A stretch of 64,000 nt of DNA, filler included, from Stramenopiles sp. TOSAG23-3 (Eukaryota): the NCBI GenBank assembly GCA_900128585.1. It is 8 parts of 8 records of this genome, joined end to end, with 100 filler letters (N's around TTAATTAATTAA, not from the genome) between each part and the next. Parts side by side here need not be neighbours in the genome. Positions count along the whole stretch, not along the records: positions 40,287 to 48,225 come from LT643085.1; positions 48,326 to 56,255 come from LT643086.1; 6 more parts are not named here. One strand, written 5' to 3'. Each line of letters begins with the position of its first letter. The first letter of the stretch is position 1. Under the pieces are notes generated by a model, which was given only the letters and a program-made list of their open reading frames with translations, was not told the DNA's origin and did not search any database. The position numbers were made by a program, and so were the translations under genes. Of this stretch, positions 43,701-53,951 are shown one piece after another.

Positions 43701-45589
43701 TTTGATTCGTGTTGGTGGGCTTTTTCAAGGTCCAGATGCATTTTTTCGTTCATTGCGTTTGACGATTCTATACTGCTTTGAAGTTTTGAGATTCTTTCAG
43801 CAAAACCCTTTCCTTCTGATTTTCCTTCCCTTTTTATATGCTCAATAGTTTCTTCGGCGTGTTTTTTGTATTGCTCGTTGTCACGTTTCAGGTGGTTAAT
43901 GGTGACCAACTGCTTTGATGACAATTTACTGAGATCATAAACGTCCTTTTCGAGTTTTTCTACCGATTGGCTCTTCTCTTCTACCTCTAAATTCCAGTTG
44001 TTTGTCGCCACCACATAAGCGCTGTACATTTCCATTAGCCACTGTTTTAAAACGTTGTCATTAGGGCTCGGGACGCTACCTTTTTCATGTGAACCTGCGA
44101 GAAAATCAATAATTATTCTGTGTAAATCTTTGAAATTTACTGCTGCATTCAAAGCGTTTGTCGCAAACGTTTTCTGCTCGCCCGTGAACCGTAAGCCATT
44201 TGAAATCAATCGACGACAAAAATCCCGATCGTGTTCCACGATTGCAGTGTTTCCCTGCATCGCCTCCTGCATTTCGTTAACTTTTCGTTTCAGAGTTCCT
44301 ACTTCTTCTCTATGCCCCAAATTGGGGGTTTGGACATGAAACGTGCTATCTCGGCGCACCTTATTCATTTGCTTCGGGAGCAGCCTAACAAGAGACGCAT
44401 GCTTCGCAAAGTCTAGTGTGCTGCGTGTGTATGTTTGAAACAAGAGTTCTGGTCGCACTGCGGCAAACAAGTACGTATGCGCCTGCAATAAAGTGTGCTT
44501 TAAAAATTTACCCAAAAAGTAGTTGTTACAGCCCACAACAGTCTCGCCAGGCTTCAATTTGTTTTTGTGCCGTTTCATTTGAGATGCCATTTTCTTAAAA
44601 AACAAGGCCATTTCGCTAAGCGACAAATTTATTGTTTTCCCTTGCTCAACAAGCATTTTTGTTTTTTGTTTGTCAGGGTCCCGTCCTTTACTAATATATT
44701 CTACGTGGCCGTTCACAGTTTTTGTACCATAGTTTGCCCAATAAACATCTGATGCGGGTTCTGCGCCTGCTAGATCACAAACGTACATTCTTGCCACGGT
44801 TACTTTATTGTGATTATTTGGGTCGGGCATATCTACCTCAAAGAAAAGTATGCAATGGCCACGAGTGCTTGAGGGGTTAAACTGTGTTGGTGCAATGCTT
44901 TTCTTTTTGTTTGCCGTGGTTAAAGTTGCTATGAGCTCATCCCAGGATTCAATTTCTACCGTCTTGCACCAGCTCATATCCATGAAGCCGTGTGCGTCCT
45001 TGTGCATACCGTGGTGGTAATGTTTAGCTGCAGCATTTGGAGAGAGTAGATCCATGACTGTGTCAACTACATTTTGGTAGTATTTTAACCGCACTTTCCA
45101 CCCTTCGGACCCAGCTGCCATTTGGAGCAGCTTATATGCCAGTCGTGGAAATAGACCCCAGTGTTCGTGAGGTTTCGAAAATTTATACCATGCTATTGAA
45201 GATTTTGGATCATCCGCCCCGAAGACAGTATATGTTTTTCCAGCCCCGCTGAGTCCATATGCGAATAGCACCACAGATTGCCCATTCAGCAAGTTGTTTA
45301 GTATTTTTTCACCAACCATACCATATACGTCCTCTTGGGTTATTACTTTTAGCGTCTTACATTCTTCGAGGTGCCGATCGTCGTTGGTCAAGAATTTTTC
45401 GAAATTTGGCGCACTCCACCAAGTGTTGTTAAATGCATATCTTCCGACGGACATTTCTCGCTCTTGTTCGAGGTTTACCAGTTTCATTTCACCAGCATCT
45501 TTACGTGTACTAATAAGTACCCCAAGCTTATCTTTATGACCGAATGGTCTGCAGCGTATACAGACTTTCAGCTCAACGGCGTCCCCCAT
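40739..45589 (-). CDS. Divergent N-terminal kinesin motor with about 1100-aa coiled-coil tail
   Basis: VCIRCRP, FAYGLSGAGKTYT (P-loop), NPSSTRGH (switch I), DLAGAE (switch II), TLDFA; long heptad tail. Confidence 0.93.
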   Translation of the reverse strand: MGDAVELKVCIRCRPFGHKDKLGVLISTRKDAGEMKLVNLEQEREMSVGRYAFNNTWWSAPNFEKFLTNDDRHLEECKTLKVITQEDVYGMVGEKILNNLLNGQSVVLFAYGLSGAGKTYTVFGADDPKSSIAWYKFSKPHEHWGLFPRLAYKLLQMAAGSEGWKVRLKYYQNVVDTVMDLLSPNAAAKHYHHGMHKDAHGFMDMSWCKTVEIESWDELIATLTTANKKKSIAPTQFNPSSTRGHCILFFEVDMPDPNNHNKVTVARMYVCDLAGAEPASDVYWANYGTKTVNGHVEYISKGRDPDKQKTKMLVEQGKTINLSLSEMALFFKKMASQMKRHKNKLKPGETVVGCNNYFLGKFLKHTLLQAHTYLFAAVRPELLFQTYTRSTLDFAKHASLVRLLPKQMNKVRRDSTFHVQTPNLGHREEVGTLKRKVNEMQEAMQGNTAIVEHDRDFCRRLISNGLRFTGEQKTFATNALNAAVNFKDLHRIIIDFLAGSHEKGSVPSPNDNVLKQWLMEMYSAYVVATNNWNLEVEEKSQSVEKLEKDVYDLSKLSSKQLVTINHLKRDNEQYKKHAEETIEHIKREGKSEGKGFAERISKLQSSIESSNAMNEKMHLDLEKAHQHESKALLDCIKKFNAEKSKLKLQIEGLLREKKKLERTVQSKETELEEFREQKDLAHEEIHLLQSRVQQEHKKRAKDLMRRISVTAVDKTHLLKTKKDNAEKLKEHDEKSEKKLMALQASVKSLTHTNETIKSNLKQARGALLDSQRECNEKRQQYKLLETKLLGERDSHNANKDIMIEKVKHLELSLQEFQDKCNVKDSETKIIQEKLTELLNRTELDNARRDSELEICARKANENMITFKQMEAEKQKDLEAASLMRISLEKENSSLQNLLSASQRDSARLHQINQEVQENLDSFKKLSNKDNDNLKAEIIQLKAKLKTNTAKSRQELSKCSESNAKVSVQLQSQKSRFDNLKIVVAKLKEDSAERIESLTKEKESEETALRETLRGQHNDISLLKAELSDRKRALKETRAELQELRKDHYEIIDMADALKEEKHSLSQEIMDQTNKIQNLNVLLDKKDELISAVNRKHKTTLKDKQSEMQGLKRNQEEIIMKEKQVRTNLGNTCTTLKSNLKTANDNVKKLRTQNAELMEKLHEIDTLRASMLSKDTIIDTLRTSENAITNDRKRIENMFQNKCEELLNKSGELDDAKRLLRKELVSSKLQQKAIYSHEIQHWKERSLGAEEQLIEYKTLLAEARLKNNIFQDEQTRLRSALVNAKEEALMESKTEVNSELVTLRMTAKTAVEKFKSLQEQYEDTISDNKKNAERYSAQIAREKRSLKEQVEMLTSSLRNAIKEKDIVQDHLIEVKSRLAKSSQSNASIADILNRRDVKILSLEKLREEDNSTNEKLRQSLLSMSNRTAVMEKEIEDAKFLLKIKSSDLERVEQLNMEYVDRQKNHQEMISKCQESMSRLFQVGTTEAYLLRLNESPTQKQFRGRPKKKYATNSRVAKTARHVRNSLLMKEIGSRNDGQFFFTPDKNSNSRHDFGMRSKPSPSYRESNLELGDLMETSTRRNAHHQLDSSSGVDESLSSLVSSFNVLSKQLKLRGSEL

Positions 45590-46397
45590 CTTTAGCGCGT
45601 CCGGAGAAGAAATCTTGTACTAGAAATTCTTGGATACTTTCGTAATGCTTACAAGTTGGCATTAGAATTTAGCGGAGGGGTAGTAGGTACGTGGAGGCTT
45701 AGTGGGAAAATATTCATGGTTCCTTTTTCAATCATAAAGCTAAGTGGACAAGTTAGTCCGATTGATCCGACGCCGTTTAGAGTTATTATTACTACTACTA
45801 ACTACCCCAACACAATAATAATAAATTAAAAAAAAGTGATCCGATAGATGATGGTATGATGGTGATATGCTGCGCTATTAAAAATTAATTATATACCGGT
45901 TAATTTTATTCCTCTTGCTATGTCGGGTAGTCTATAATAAAGCTATAATAATAAATACCACGAACAGTCAGAGGAGTGTTCAGAAAAAAACGGAGAAGAA
46001 AAAAATAAGTTAGCAAGGGGAGATCTGGAATGTACGGTACCTGGTACCTGGTACCGGTACCAGGTACGGGTAATTATATTATACCGGTACGGTATAGTGA
46101 CTCTATGTATTTTATAATATTTTAAAAAACAAATTATATCTTCGAGCTAGTATTATACTGTATGATATTAATAATAATAATACTACGAGGACGAACTAAA
46201 TACAAAAACAGAAAAAGAGAAACCTAATTGAACTGTGTAGTATTAATAGTATTTAAACTAATTAATCATCAGTGGAAGAACTTCGTCGATTCATAGCTAA
46301 CATTCGATGATTTTAAAATTCTTGGCAGCAGTATTTTTTAGTATTGTTGCTAAATTTTAATTACTTACTCTAAATAACAGCCAATTTTTTGTTTTTA

Positions 46398-48036
46398 TTA
46401 ATAGCGATGATTCAACAATTCGCTTACCCTTCGTTGTTTTGTTGAATCTCTTGAAAGACTTTGATCCTTAATGAAGCTCCCGAATGCTTTAGCCCATCGA
46501 CCCCTCTCTAATTCACACAGGTTCATGCTCTCCTCTGAATTAAAATCTCCGTGCTGAACCTCAAGATCCAGGGTTCGGTCCGCAATCACCGAGAATGCGC
46601 AAAAATCTTTGACGGTCTTAGATCTTTGAAAAATCTCACTGGCAGCGCCCAATATTACTTCGGTGATTTCTGATACAGGTATTGAACGATTTTTCCCAAT
46701 GCCTCGAGAGTTGCCAGGTGGTCTCCACCGAATAAATTTTAGGTCTGATGTTAGCCACACAACTCTTGCTTTCGGTTTACCCCTCCTACGACGAAAAAAA
46801 AAAGTGTTAAAATGTTGGCCTAAGTAGAAACGATAGTAAATACAGAAGAGCGAATGATAAAACTTACCGTCCATGCTTGAGGAAAATGGTGCCTCTTTTG
46901 AGCAATGCCACATAATCGGTTGCCTTCTCTTGTTCTAATTTTGTTTGTCGATGCCTTAATTTTGACCCGAAAAGGTCTCGCTCAAGCGATGCTACGACAC
47001 CTCTTAAATGCTTGATTGTTTGGCGTTGTGTCTCAATCACTCTTTGTGCCACCGGACTGGTTGGAGAACCTTCATAATCTTCCTTTTCTTCAGAGACACA
47101 AGACTTGCCAGGAGAACTGTTAAAATTATTGCCGTCCGAAAATGCTGTGATGACGCTTTTCTCGCTTTCGGTGGGCGCGGTGGTATTGTAAGTTTCGATT
47201 TTTGATTTTTTCAATTCTTTGGTGCTTAGACAATCAGGTTTTACATTTGATGCAGAATCACTTTCGCTTGAAGCATCAAGAATTACGTGCTCAAGCGATT
47301 CGTCGACAAAAACGTCGATAGCATTTGCTACCATCGGAGAAAACTCTGCGCCACCTCCTGTCTGCGATGATACGCTCTTTTCCACTGGTGAAATGGGAGA
47401 GTCGGAGATAAAAACTATTTTTTCAGGAGCCACAGTTTTACTGTGTTTTTGTTTGTTTGTCGCAAAAATGTCATTTTCTGCCGTAACATTATTAGCTAAG
47501 ATGTGCTTCGCTGCAGCAGGAGGAGTGCTGGCCAGTCGACCGACTCCGCCAAGATCCCGTTTGTCATAATAGTCGCCACCCCTCCGAACTATGCCGACTT
47601 CGAATTTAAAACGGTGGCTTTTTTGACCCAAAGGGAGAAGAGGTCGGATATTGGAACTCTGTACATTATTCCGACTGCGTTGCTCTGGAGAAGTGCGTTG
47701 GATATCCAATGGCGTTTTGGGATTTGGTTCAGTGCCCACCACGTTGACCTCTTCAGCGGCGGAACCTTCGCCCTCCGCCGCGACCTTTTCTTCCGAAACT
47801 AGCAATTTCCTACTGACGGAACGAGAGCGGTTTGCACTATTTTTACGTTCATACCACGAAGTAGGGCCTATATTATAGCTGACTTTTTTTAGTGCAGAAA
47901 GCCCTTCGAGAACTGTGTGGGATGATTCGGAGCTGGTACCCAGCTTTGGGTCCTTTCCCGCACCATCTCTCATAGCGCGGTTCCTCCGGATTCGCTTTAG
48001 GTGCGCTTCATGCTCAGGAGTATATGAATTCGCCAT
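46398..48036 (-). CDS. Two-exon gene: disordered N-terminus, coiled coil and C-terminal PH (PLC/Mcp5-type) domain; intron 46786-46867
   Basis: An 82-nt GTAAGT...TTTTTTTTCGTCGTAG intron joins the two ORFs in frame to give LLKRGTIFLKHGR-RGKPKARVVWL...RTLDL...W, a typical PH start. Confidence 0.88.
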
Positions 48037-48225
48037 TTCCGACACCTATTGATCGAATCATAAGTATATTAAATATGGAATTCTTCGGAATATGTAACTT
48101 AAATATTTAAATTTCGCTAATGTTCACATGAAGGAAAATTGGCTCCATTGTTTATGCATTATGCTCAACAGAAAATTGGGCGACCACTTTCAACTTTTAT
48201 AAGAAGAAAAGAAGAAGAAAGTATA

Positions 48226-48325
48226 NNNNNNNNNNNNNNNNNNNNNNNNNNNNNNNNNNNNNNNNNNNNTTAATTAATTAANNNNNNNNNNNNNNNNNNN
48301 NNNNNNNNNNNNNNNNNNNNNNNNN
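48226..48325. other. Artificial contig-joining linker
   Basis: 44N-TTAATTAATTAA-44N. Confidence 0.98.
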
Positions 48326-48326
48326 G

Positions 48327-51300
48327 CTACGATGGGGCAAACCAGAACCGTGGCAAATGACCAGTCTACGGTTGGCACAAGAGAAAATCCTGTTGGCGCA
48401 TCGTCCCGGTTTTGGTAAGACCATTAATGCGTTGTTACTGGCCGAGAAAATGCGTAGACTATCGGGGAGAAAAGTTCTGCTGTTGGCCCCCAATAGAGAC
48501 TTGTTGTCGCAATGGGTAATTGAGTTGCATAAGTTGGGATTTGACAAACGTGATTACATTTGGTCTACGTACAACCATTTTCGGGATTCGCAAACCAAAT
48601 GGCTCTATCCAGAGTACAAGGATTTAAACGATTTTGAGAAGACGTACAAAGATTGGATTAAGAAAACAAAAGGAACGAAGGTTGGAGAATATCCGAAACA
48701 TAATCTTGACACTCCAATTAGAAATTTCCCGAAAGATACAGATAAAGATGTGAGTAACAAAATACGCCATTGTATGGTATGTGGAAGAGAAATAAAATAT
48801 TCTGAATTCGGTGCCGATGGAAAAGAGGACTTAGGTAAAGTGCTAAAGGGTATCGTCCACGAATTTGACCTTGGTAACAATACTATCCGAGTGGACCACC
48901 ATTGGCATCTTGTTGAAGACAAACTGTTTCTTGCGTGTGGTTGCAATGACATAGATGCACAGTTTTTGTGTGGGTTCAGTTTAAAGAAAGAGTCTACAAT
49001 ATCAGAATATCGGAAAATAGGGTATATGAAATGGAAAGCCTTCTACTTCAAGTTGAAACGGATCGCACAAGAGAAAGGTAAAGAGACAAAAGATAAAACA
49101 GTAAGCGAATTAAAGAAAGCCATTTGGGAAGGTGGAGTAACGCACGAGTACACGGTCCCCTATTATACGGACAGGAAAGGGAATTTTTACCATATGTATC
49201 GAGCACCGAAAGACTGTATCATTGTTTGCGACGAAATCCATAAATTTGTTCGTGATTCTAAGTCACTGATGTCCCAAGCGCTGTGGAAATACATTGCACA
49301 AAGCAAATATACCATTCTGTTGTCGGCCACTCCCATTGAATCGTCAAACGAAACAAAACAATTGTTTATCTTATCGGAGCTGTTAAAAGATAATTCGATG
49401 TACCCGTACAAGTCAGTGACTATCGATGGAAGCTTCAACGGTCTATCGCTTCCACCATGGCATCCATTGTATCCAAAGGAAAACGACGAAGATATGTATG
49501 ACTTGGCAGCACGTATTCGCGGTAAATTTTCTCGACACAACACGGTTCAAGATATTGACGCCGCAATAAAGATTATTTTTGACAAAAAAGGCGATGAAGA
49601 CGATCGTTTCAAAATGAACTACAAAAAATTGTTGAATTTTTATATGGGTACAAAGGACGAGTTTTTGTCAACAATTCAAAAGAAGGGCTTGGCTAAATTT
49701 CTAAAAGACGCATTGAAAAATTTATTCGTGGTTCAAAATAAGAATGAGTTGAGGATTTTTCCAGATCTCATTCCGTACAATAATGGGTACATAAACGTGA
49801 CTTGTGATCTGAATCGTGCGATAATGAAAGAAAGAACCCCACAATATGAAATACGGTATCAAATCATAAAAGATAGCCAGAAACGATTCCGTCTTGAAAA
49901 AAAGGAACATACCATCACAGTCATTAAGGCAAACAATGGTCTGTATAGTGGAAACGAAATCATCAAACTAGAGCAATGGATTCTACAAAGAAAAGATGGT
50001 TTAATTAACATTCGTTTAAAACCGGACGAAGGCACAGTACCATTGGAGTCTGCTATTGTGACAAACTACACCGTATCCACGAACACCGAATATAAGGTTA
50101 TTGAGGATTCAATGCAAGGAATGATAGCCGGCGTAACACCAAAACCAAATATACAATGGCTCCATGTGTGTCCCACCGTTGAGGTTACGGCTACATCTCG
50201 AGATCGCTTAGAAAAATGGTACGATAATATACCATACATTCCAGACTTATTGGGTTCAAAAGTATTGGAAATGGTGTATACCATTGAAGAACAAGTAAGC
50301 AAATCCAAGAATGTGATGGTGTATCACGACAAGGTTGAGATGTTACGGATGCTACAACGTGCACTTACGATGCGGAAGCACAAATACGTGAACCAACATA
50401 TATGGGACGATTCGCAGATGAAAAATCATGCGAAGGAACAAGCTAGCAAACGGTATCGTAAGCTGGTATGGCAAAACGATGAAGATATCGATTACGTCCA
50501 GATACAAGAGGACGCATACGAGTATGGTACATCTGTGTCCACTGAATTAGATTACGAAGAACTCGAAGACGTGTATAAATTTTACAACAACATTCTTCCA
50601 CAAGTCTGTTACCCCATCTTTTTCAAAACGATGGAATCGGAGTTAAAAAAAAATGGAATCGAATTAAGTGAAGCTGTCAATACGTTTGCATACTATACTG
50701 AGTATGCTTGGGGGAAGAGTAACAAAGATACGATTGCTAAAGACAAAGAAGAATGCGATAAATACATACAAGCAGCAAAAACAATAGAAAGGATGCATAC
50801 GGGTAAAATTAACAAGGCGCGAAAGCAAGAAATCATCAAAAGTGCAAAGACATTTAAGACCTTTGACACGACGAAGGAATTTAAAAGAATAATTGCAACA
50901 GCGTGTGAGAACGCCTTCTCCGAATTAAGGAAGACTTCCAAGAACAAAACGCTTCAACAACAACTAGAAGACCTAAATTTGCAAATACCAGTGTTTTCTG
51001 AAGTAAATGGATTGACAAAAGCCCAAGAAATGATGGCTGATTATTACAAAGTAAGCCGTATGTCTATGTCGGCAGGCGGGACAGGAACCTTTCATAGTAC
51101 ACTAAAAAAAACAAGAGGCAAGACAAACTTTCTCCAAACTTATTTTTATCAATCCCCAAAAAACCCACCCTTGTTAAGGGTAGACAGACGGTTTGATATG
51201 CCATTTGATGATTTTAACTCCATTAAGTCGTTTATAAATGAAAAGCACAAGGCATTTTTTGTCAAGGTGCAGAATACGAAAAAACGTGAAACGAAAATGA

Positions 51301-53951
51301 CCATTCTCAACTATGAATATGAGTTGAAAGAAGACGATGATTTTAAAGATGCTAGTGACTGCAAGCAAGCATTTATCAACTGCTTCTATACACAGCAATA
51401 CATAAACAGCATGTTTGACGAGGAGACGAAAACGTTGTTGTTCAAGGATGGAGAGACCGGTCAAACCATAGAAAACATAGATGATCTGTTAACCGTATTG
51501 GAACACATCAAGAAAAATCCATATTCAAAGCAAAAGAAGGGGAAAGCTGTAGTACATTTGAACAGTAAAAAATTATTGCGAGACGATAAAACGTTTCCAC
51601 GGACAGACTACGTAGAAGCAGTGTACCCTAGACTGAGTGGGATGAGCGAGAAAAACCGTATGTACTTTGCGTTGATTGGTGGTAGAGTCAACTACGACAA
51701 TGCAAAAATTAAAGGATGGTTTGAAAACGGGTCCATCGATTGTTTATTGGTCTCGGACAAAGGTATTGAAGGCATAGACTACAAATCGTGTTCATCCTCC
51801 TTTATGATCTGCATTGACCCCGTGAAATCCGCGGGCAAACAAGACCAGTTCAATGGACGTACCGTACGACGAAACTCCCATAAAAACCTCCCAAACAGCA
51901 TGCGAATCGTAGAATACGTTTCATTTGTCGGAACAGGAGTTTCCAAACATCAAAAGGGTGCAAAAGAAGACGAATTGAAAGAGGCAAAGCAATACAAAGA
52001 ATTGATCAAAGCCATAAGAAATCCTACAGGGTTAACTTCAGAACAAGTCATACAGTATAAAATACGTGTAAACCAACTCGAGCGTCGAGATATAGCTGAA
52101 AAACAATTGAAGAAACTCGATAAAGAGGAAAACGATTGGCTCGTTGCCAATAGAGACGCTGTAGAAAAGACAATTTATACGAAGAAGGTCACCATCGTTG
52201 ACGAAGAGGGAGAAGAAGAAATGGAGGTACGAGGTTACGTTGACAATGCAGTGACTTTGTTTAATGACTTAAACATCGACTACAATGCATACAAAACAAT
52301 ACGTATTGATCAGCAGAAGATGATGGTAGTCGATGAGTCACTTGTTCAGTTTATACCCGATTCTAAATACCAAGTAGATGAACAGGCTGACGGGATAACG
52401 TTTGATACGATAGAAAACAACACCATCAAATTGTGGATTTTACCGAACAGCATGGAAGTCATGAGCGACGATGAGAAACAAGCGATGTTGTACAGACAAA
52501 AAAACAAATACAACAAATTGACTGATAAGGCGTCGAAGGAAGCGCTCTTAACATACAAATACTCCGTCGAAGACTTTACAAAAGATCCGGGAATCAATGA
52601 ATTGGAACGCCAGTTGGGATTTCCACAGTCGGGTTATAGAGAGACATTCAATCTCAATATAAAAAGACGAAGAAAAGTGCAGGATGAGGAGATACCGGAC
52701 GCCAAGAAATGGTCTACCTATTTCGACAACTACGTCAATATTTCGCATGTGCCGGTATACAACAACTATGCATTTACATCCTTAGGCGACGTGAATACCG
52801 AAGGTAAACACTATTTTTGTTACGCATGCGACCAAGATAGAAATATGGAGAACGGTAAATGTAAATTTTGTAATTTACCACTGAAGGAAGGGGATAAATA
52901 CCTGTACTACCATTTGGTGCAACCCGATGGATTTAAGCAAGCGACGAAAGAGTTACTCAAGACAACAAGTAATATGAAGAAACAAAAACTCTCCATTGCT
53001 AACCGCATTCAAAGGGACCGACTGGAGATGATGATGTCCTTGAATTCCATTGAACATCGGATGCAGTTGAATGGGGACCGACGATACAAATTAGAATACA
53101 CAGAGAAAGGCGAAAAACGTACCTACTATCACCGAGTCAACGATCCGCCAACTACGGTGTCTCCATCGCTTCTAGAAAATGATTGGGATAAGCTGATCGC
53201 GGATCCGGAACTGATCGATGATCGCGGATCAGAACCCCTAACCAAAGAGATTGATACGAAGCCGACCTATGTCTCTTTGGCAAGAGGGCAAAACACTCAA
53301 AACGTTAGTGAGGATATCACATCAATAGAAGAGAAGATCAATGAAGCAAAAAATCGATTGGAACTAGGAATGGACATCATGTGGTTTGATGACGTCGGTA
53401 GTGAATCAAATTTAACAAAAAAATGGCGGCGTGAAAAGATAATTGAGGAATGCGAAGTCCTAGAAGATAAAGTGATTAGGAAACGTAAGAATGGTGCTGA
53501 AATAGAAAAACTGGAAGTTGTCGAGTACTTGGACGATTGGAAAGAGTATGACAGGGGTACTTACTGGTTGATTACCACATCTTCAATTCCCAAAACGCAG
53601 AGTCAAATTATAAAAACGTTATGGCCAAAGCCAACGAATGCTCTAACACCAACCAACGTCAAAGAATTTAAACGAATAACGAGTGACTTTTGGTTCAACG
53701 GAACCGATACACTGAAAGTGCGCAATGAAAGCTACGACATTGAAATGGATTGGGTTTGGATGAATAAAGACGAGCGAATGGATATGAAGAGGCGGATAGG
53801 ACCGAGGGGTGTAGATATTGAAGGATTGTACAAGGAGTTAGAAGATACGAAGAAAGCAGAAATAAAAGCCGGTCTCACGGATCCGGATTACGAGGAGGTA
53901 GAGAACAGACCGGACGATCGGTACGGGGTAGAGATACAAGAAGAATATTAA
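48327..53951 (+). CDS. Giant SF2 helicase, poxvirus D6/D11 (VETF-s/NPH-I)-like, 5'-truncated, >1870 aa
   Basis: The frame is open to the contig start (PEPWQ Q-motif). Motif I LAHRPGFGKT, Ia LLAP....QW, II CDEIH, III LLSATP, IV NVMVY, V SDKGIEGIDY, VI QFNGRTVRRNSH. Confidence 0.85.
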   Translation, partial: LRWGKPEPWQMTSLRLAQEKILLAHRPGFGKTINALLLAEKMRRLSGRKVLLLAPNRDLLSQWVIELHKLGFDKRDYIWSTYNHFRDSQTKWLYPEYKDLNDFEKTYKDWIKKTKGTKVGEYPKHNLDTPIRNFPKDTDKDVSNKIRHCMVCGREIKYSEFGADGKEDLGKVLKGIVHEFDLGNNTIRVDHHWHLVEDKLFLACGCNDIDAQFLCGFSLKKESTISEYRKIGYMKWKAFYFKLKRIAQEKGKETKDKTVSELKKAIWEGGVTHEYTVPYYTDRKGNFYHMYRAPKDCIIVCDEIHKFVRDSKSLMSQALWKYIAQSKYTILLSATPIESSNETKQLFILSELLKDNSMYPYKSVTIDGSFNGLSLPPWHPLYPKENDEDMYDLAARIRGKFSRHNTVQDIDAAIKIIFDKKGDEDDRFKMNYKKLLNFYMGTKDEFLSTIQKKGLAKFLKDALKNLFVVQNKNELRIFPDLIPYNNGYINVTCDLNRAIMKERTPQYEIRYQIIKDSQKRFRLEKKEHTITVIKANNGLYSGNEIIKLEQWILQRKDGLINIRLKPDEGTVPLESAIVTNYTVSTNTEYKVIEDSMQGMIAGVTPKPNIQWLHVCPTVEVTATSRDRLEKWYDNIPYIPDLLGSKVLEMVYTIEEQVSKSKNVMVYHDKVEMLRMLQRALTMRKHKYVNQHIWDDSQMKNHAKEQASKRYRKLVWQNDEDIDYVQIQEDAYEYGTSVSTELDYEELEDVYKFYNNILPQVCYPIFFKTMESELKKNGIELSEAVNTFAYYTEYAWGKSNKDTIAKDKEECDKYIQAAKTIERMHTGKINKARKQEIIKSAKTFKTFDTTKEFKRIIATACENAFSELRKTSKNKTLQQQLEDLNLQIPVFSEVNGLTKAQEMMADYYKVSRMSMSAGGTGTFHSTLKKTRGKTNFLQTYFYQSPKNPPLLRVDRRFDMPFDDFNSIKSFINEKHKAFFVKVQNTKKRETKMTILNYEYELKEDDDFKDASDCKQAFINCFYTQQYINSMFDEETKTLLFKDGETGQTIENIDDLLTVLEHIKKNPYSKQKKGKAVVHLNSKKLLRDDKTFPRTDYVEAVYPRLSGMSEKNRMYFALIGGRVNYDNAKIKGWFENGSIDCLLVSDKGIEGIDYKSCSSSFMICIDPVKSAGKQDQFNGRTVRRNSHKNLPNSMRIVEYVSFVGTGVSKHQKGAKEDELKEAKQYKELIKAIRNPTGLTSEQVIQYKIRVNQLERRDIAEKQLKKLDKEENDWLVANRDAVEKTIYTKKVTIVDEEGEEEMEVRGYVDNAVTLFNDLNIDYNAYKTIRIDQQKMMVVDESLVQFIPDSKYQVDEQADGITFDTIENNTIKLWILPNSMEVMSDDEKQAMLYRQKNKYNKLTDKASKEALLTYKYSVEDFTKDPGINELERQLGFPQSGYRETFNLNIKRRRKVQDEEIPDAKKWSTYFDNYVNISHVPVYNNYAFTSLGDVNTEGKHYFCYACDQDRNMENGKCKFCNLPLKEGDKYLYYHLVQPDGFKQATKELLKTTSNMKKQKLSIANRIQRDRLEMMMSLNSIEHRMQLNGDRRYKLEYTEKGEKRTYYHRVNDPPTTVSPSLLENDWDKLIADPELIDDRGSEPLTKEIDTKPTYVSLARGQNTQNVSEDITSIEEKINEAKNRLELGMDIMWFDDVGSESNLTKKWRREKIIEECEVLEDKVIRKRKNGAEIEKLEVVEYLDDWKEYDRGTYWLITTSSIPKTQSQIIKTLWPKPTNALTPTNVKEFKRITSDFWFNGTDTLKVRNESYDIEMDWVWMNKDERMDMKRRIGPRGVDIEGLYKELEDTKKAEIKAGLTDPDYEEVENRPDDRYGVEIQEEY

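Noticed and set aside
48226-48357. Virus-host integration junction between the PH gene contig and the helicase
   Set aside because: The junction is the artificial linker, and the helicase frame simply runs off the contig end.
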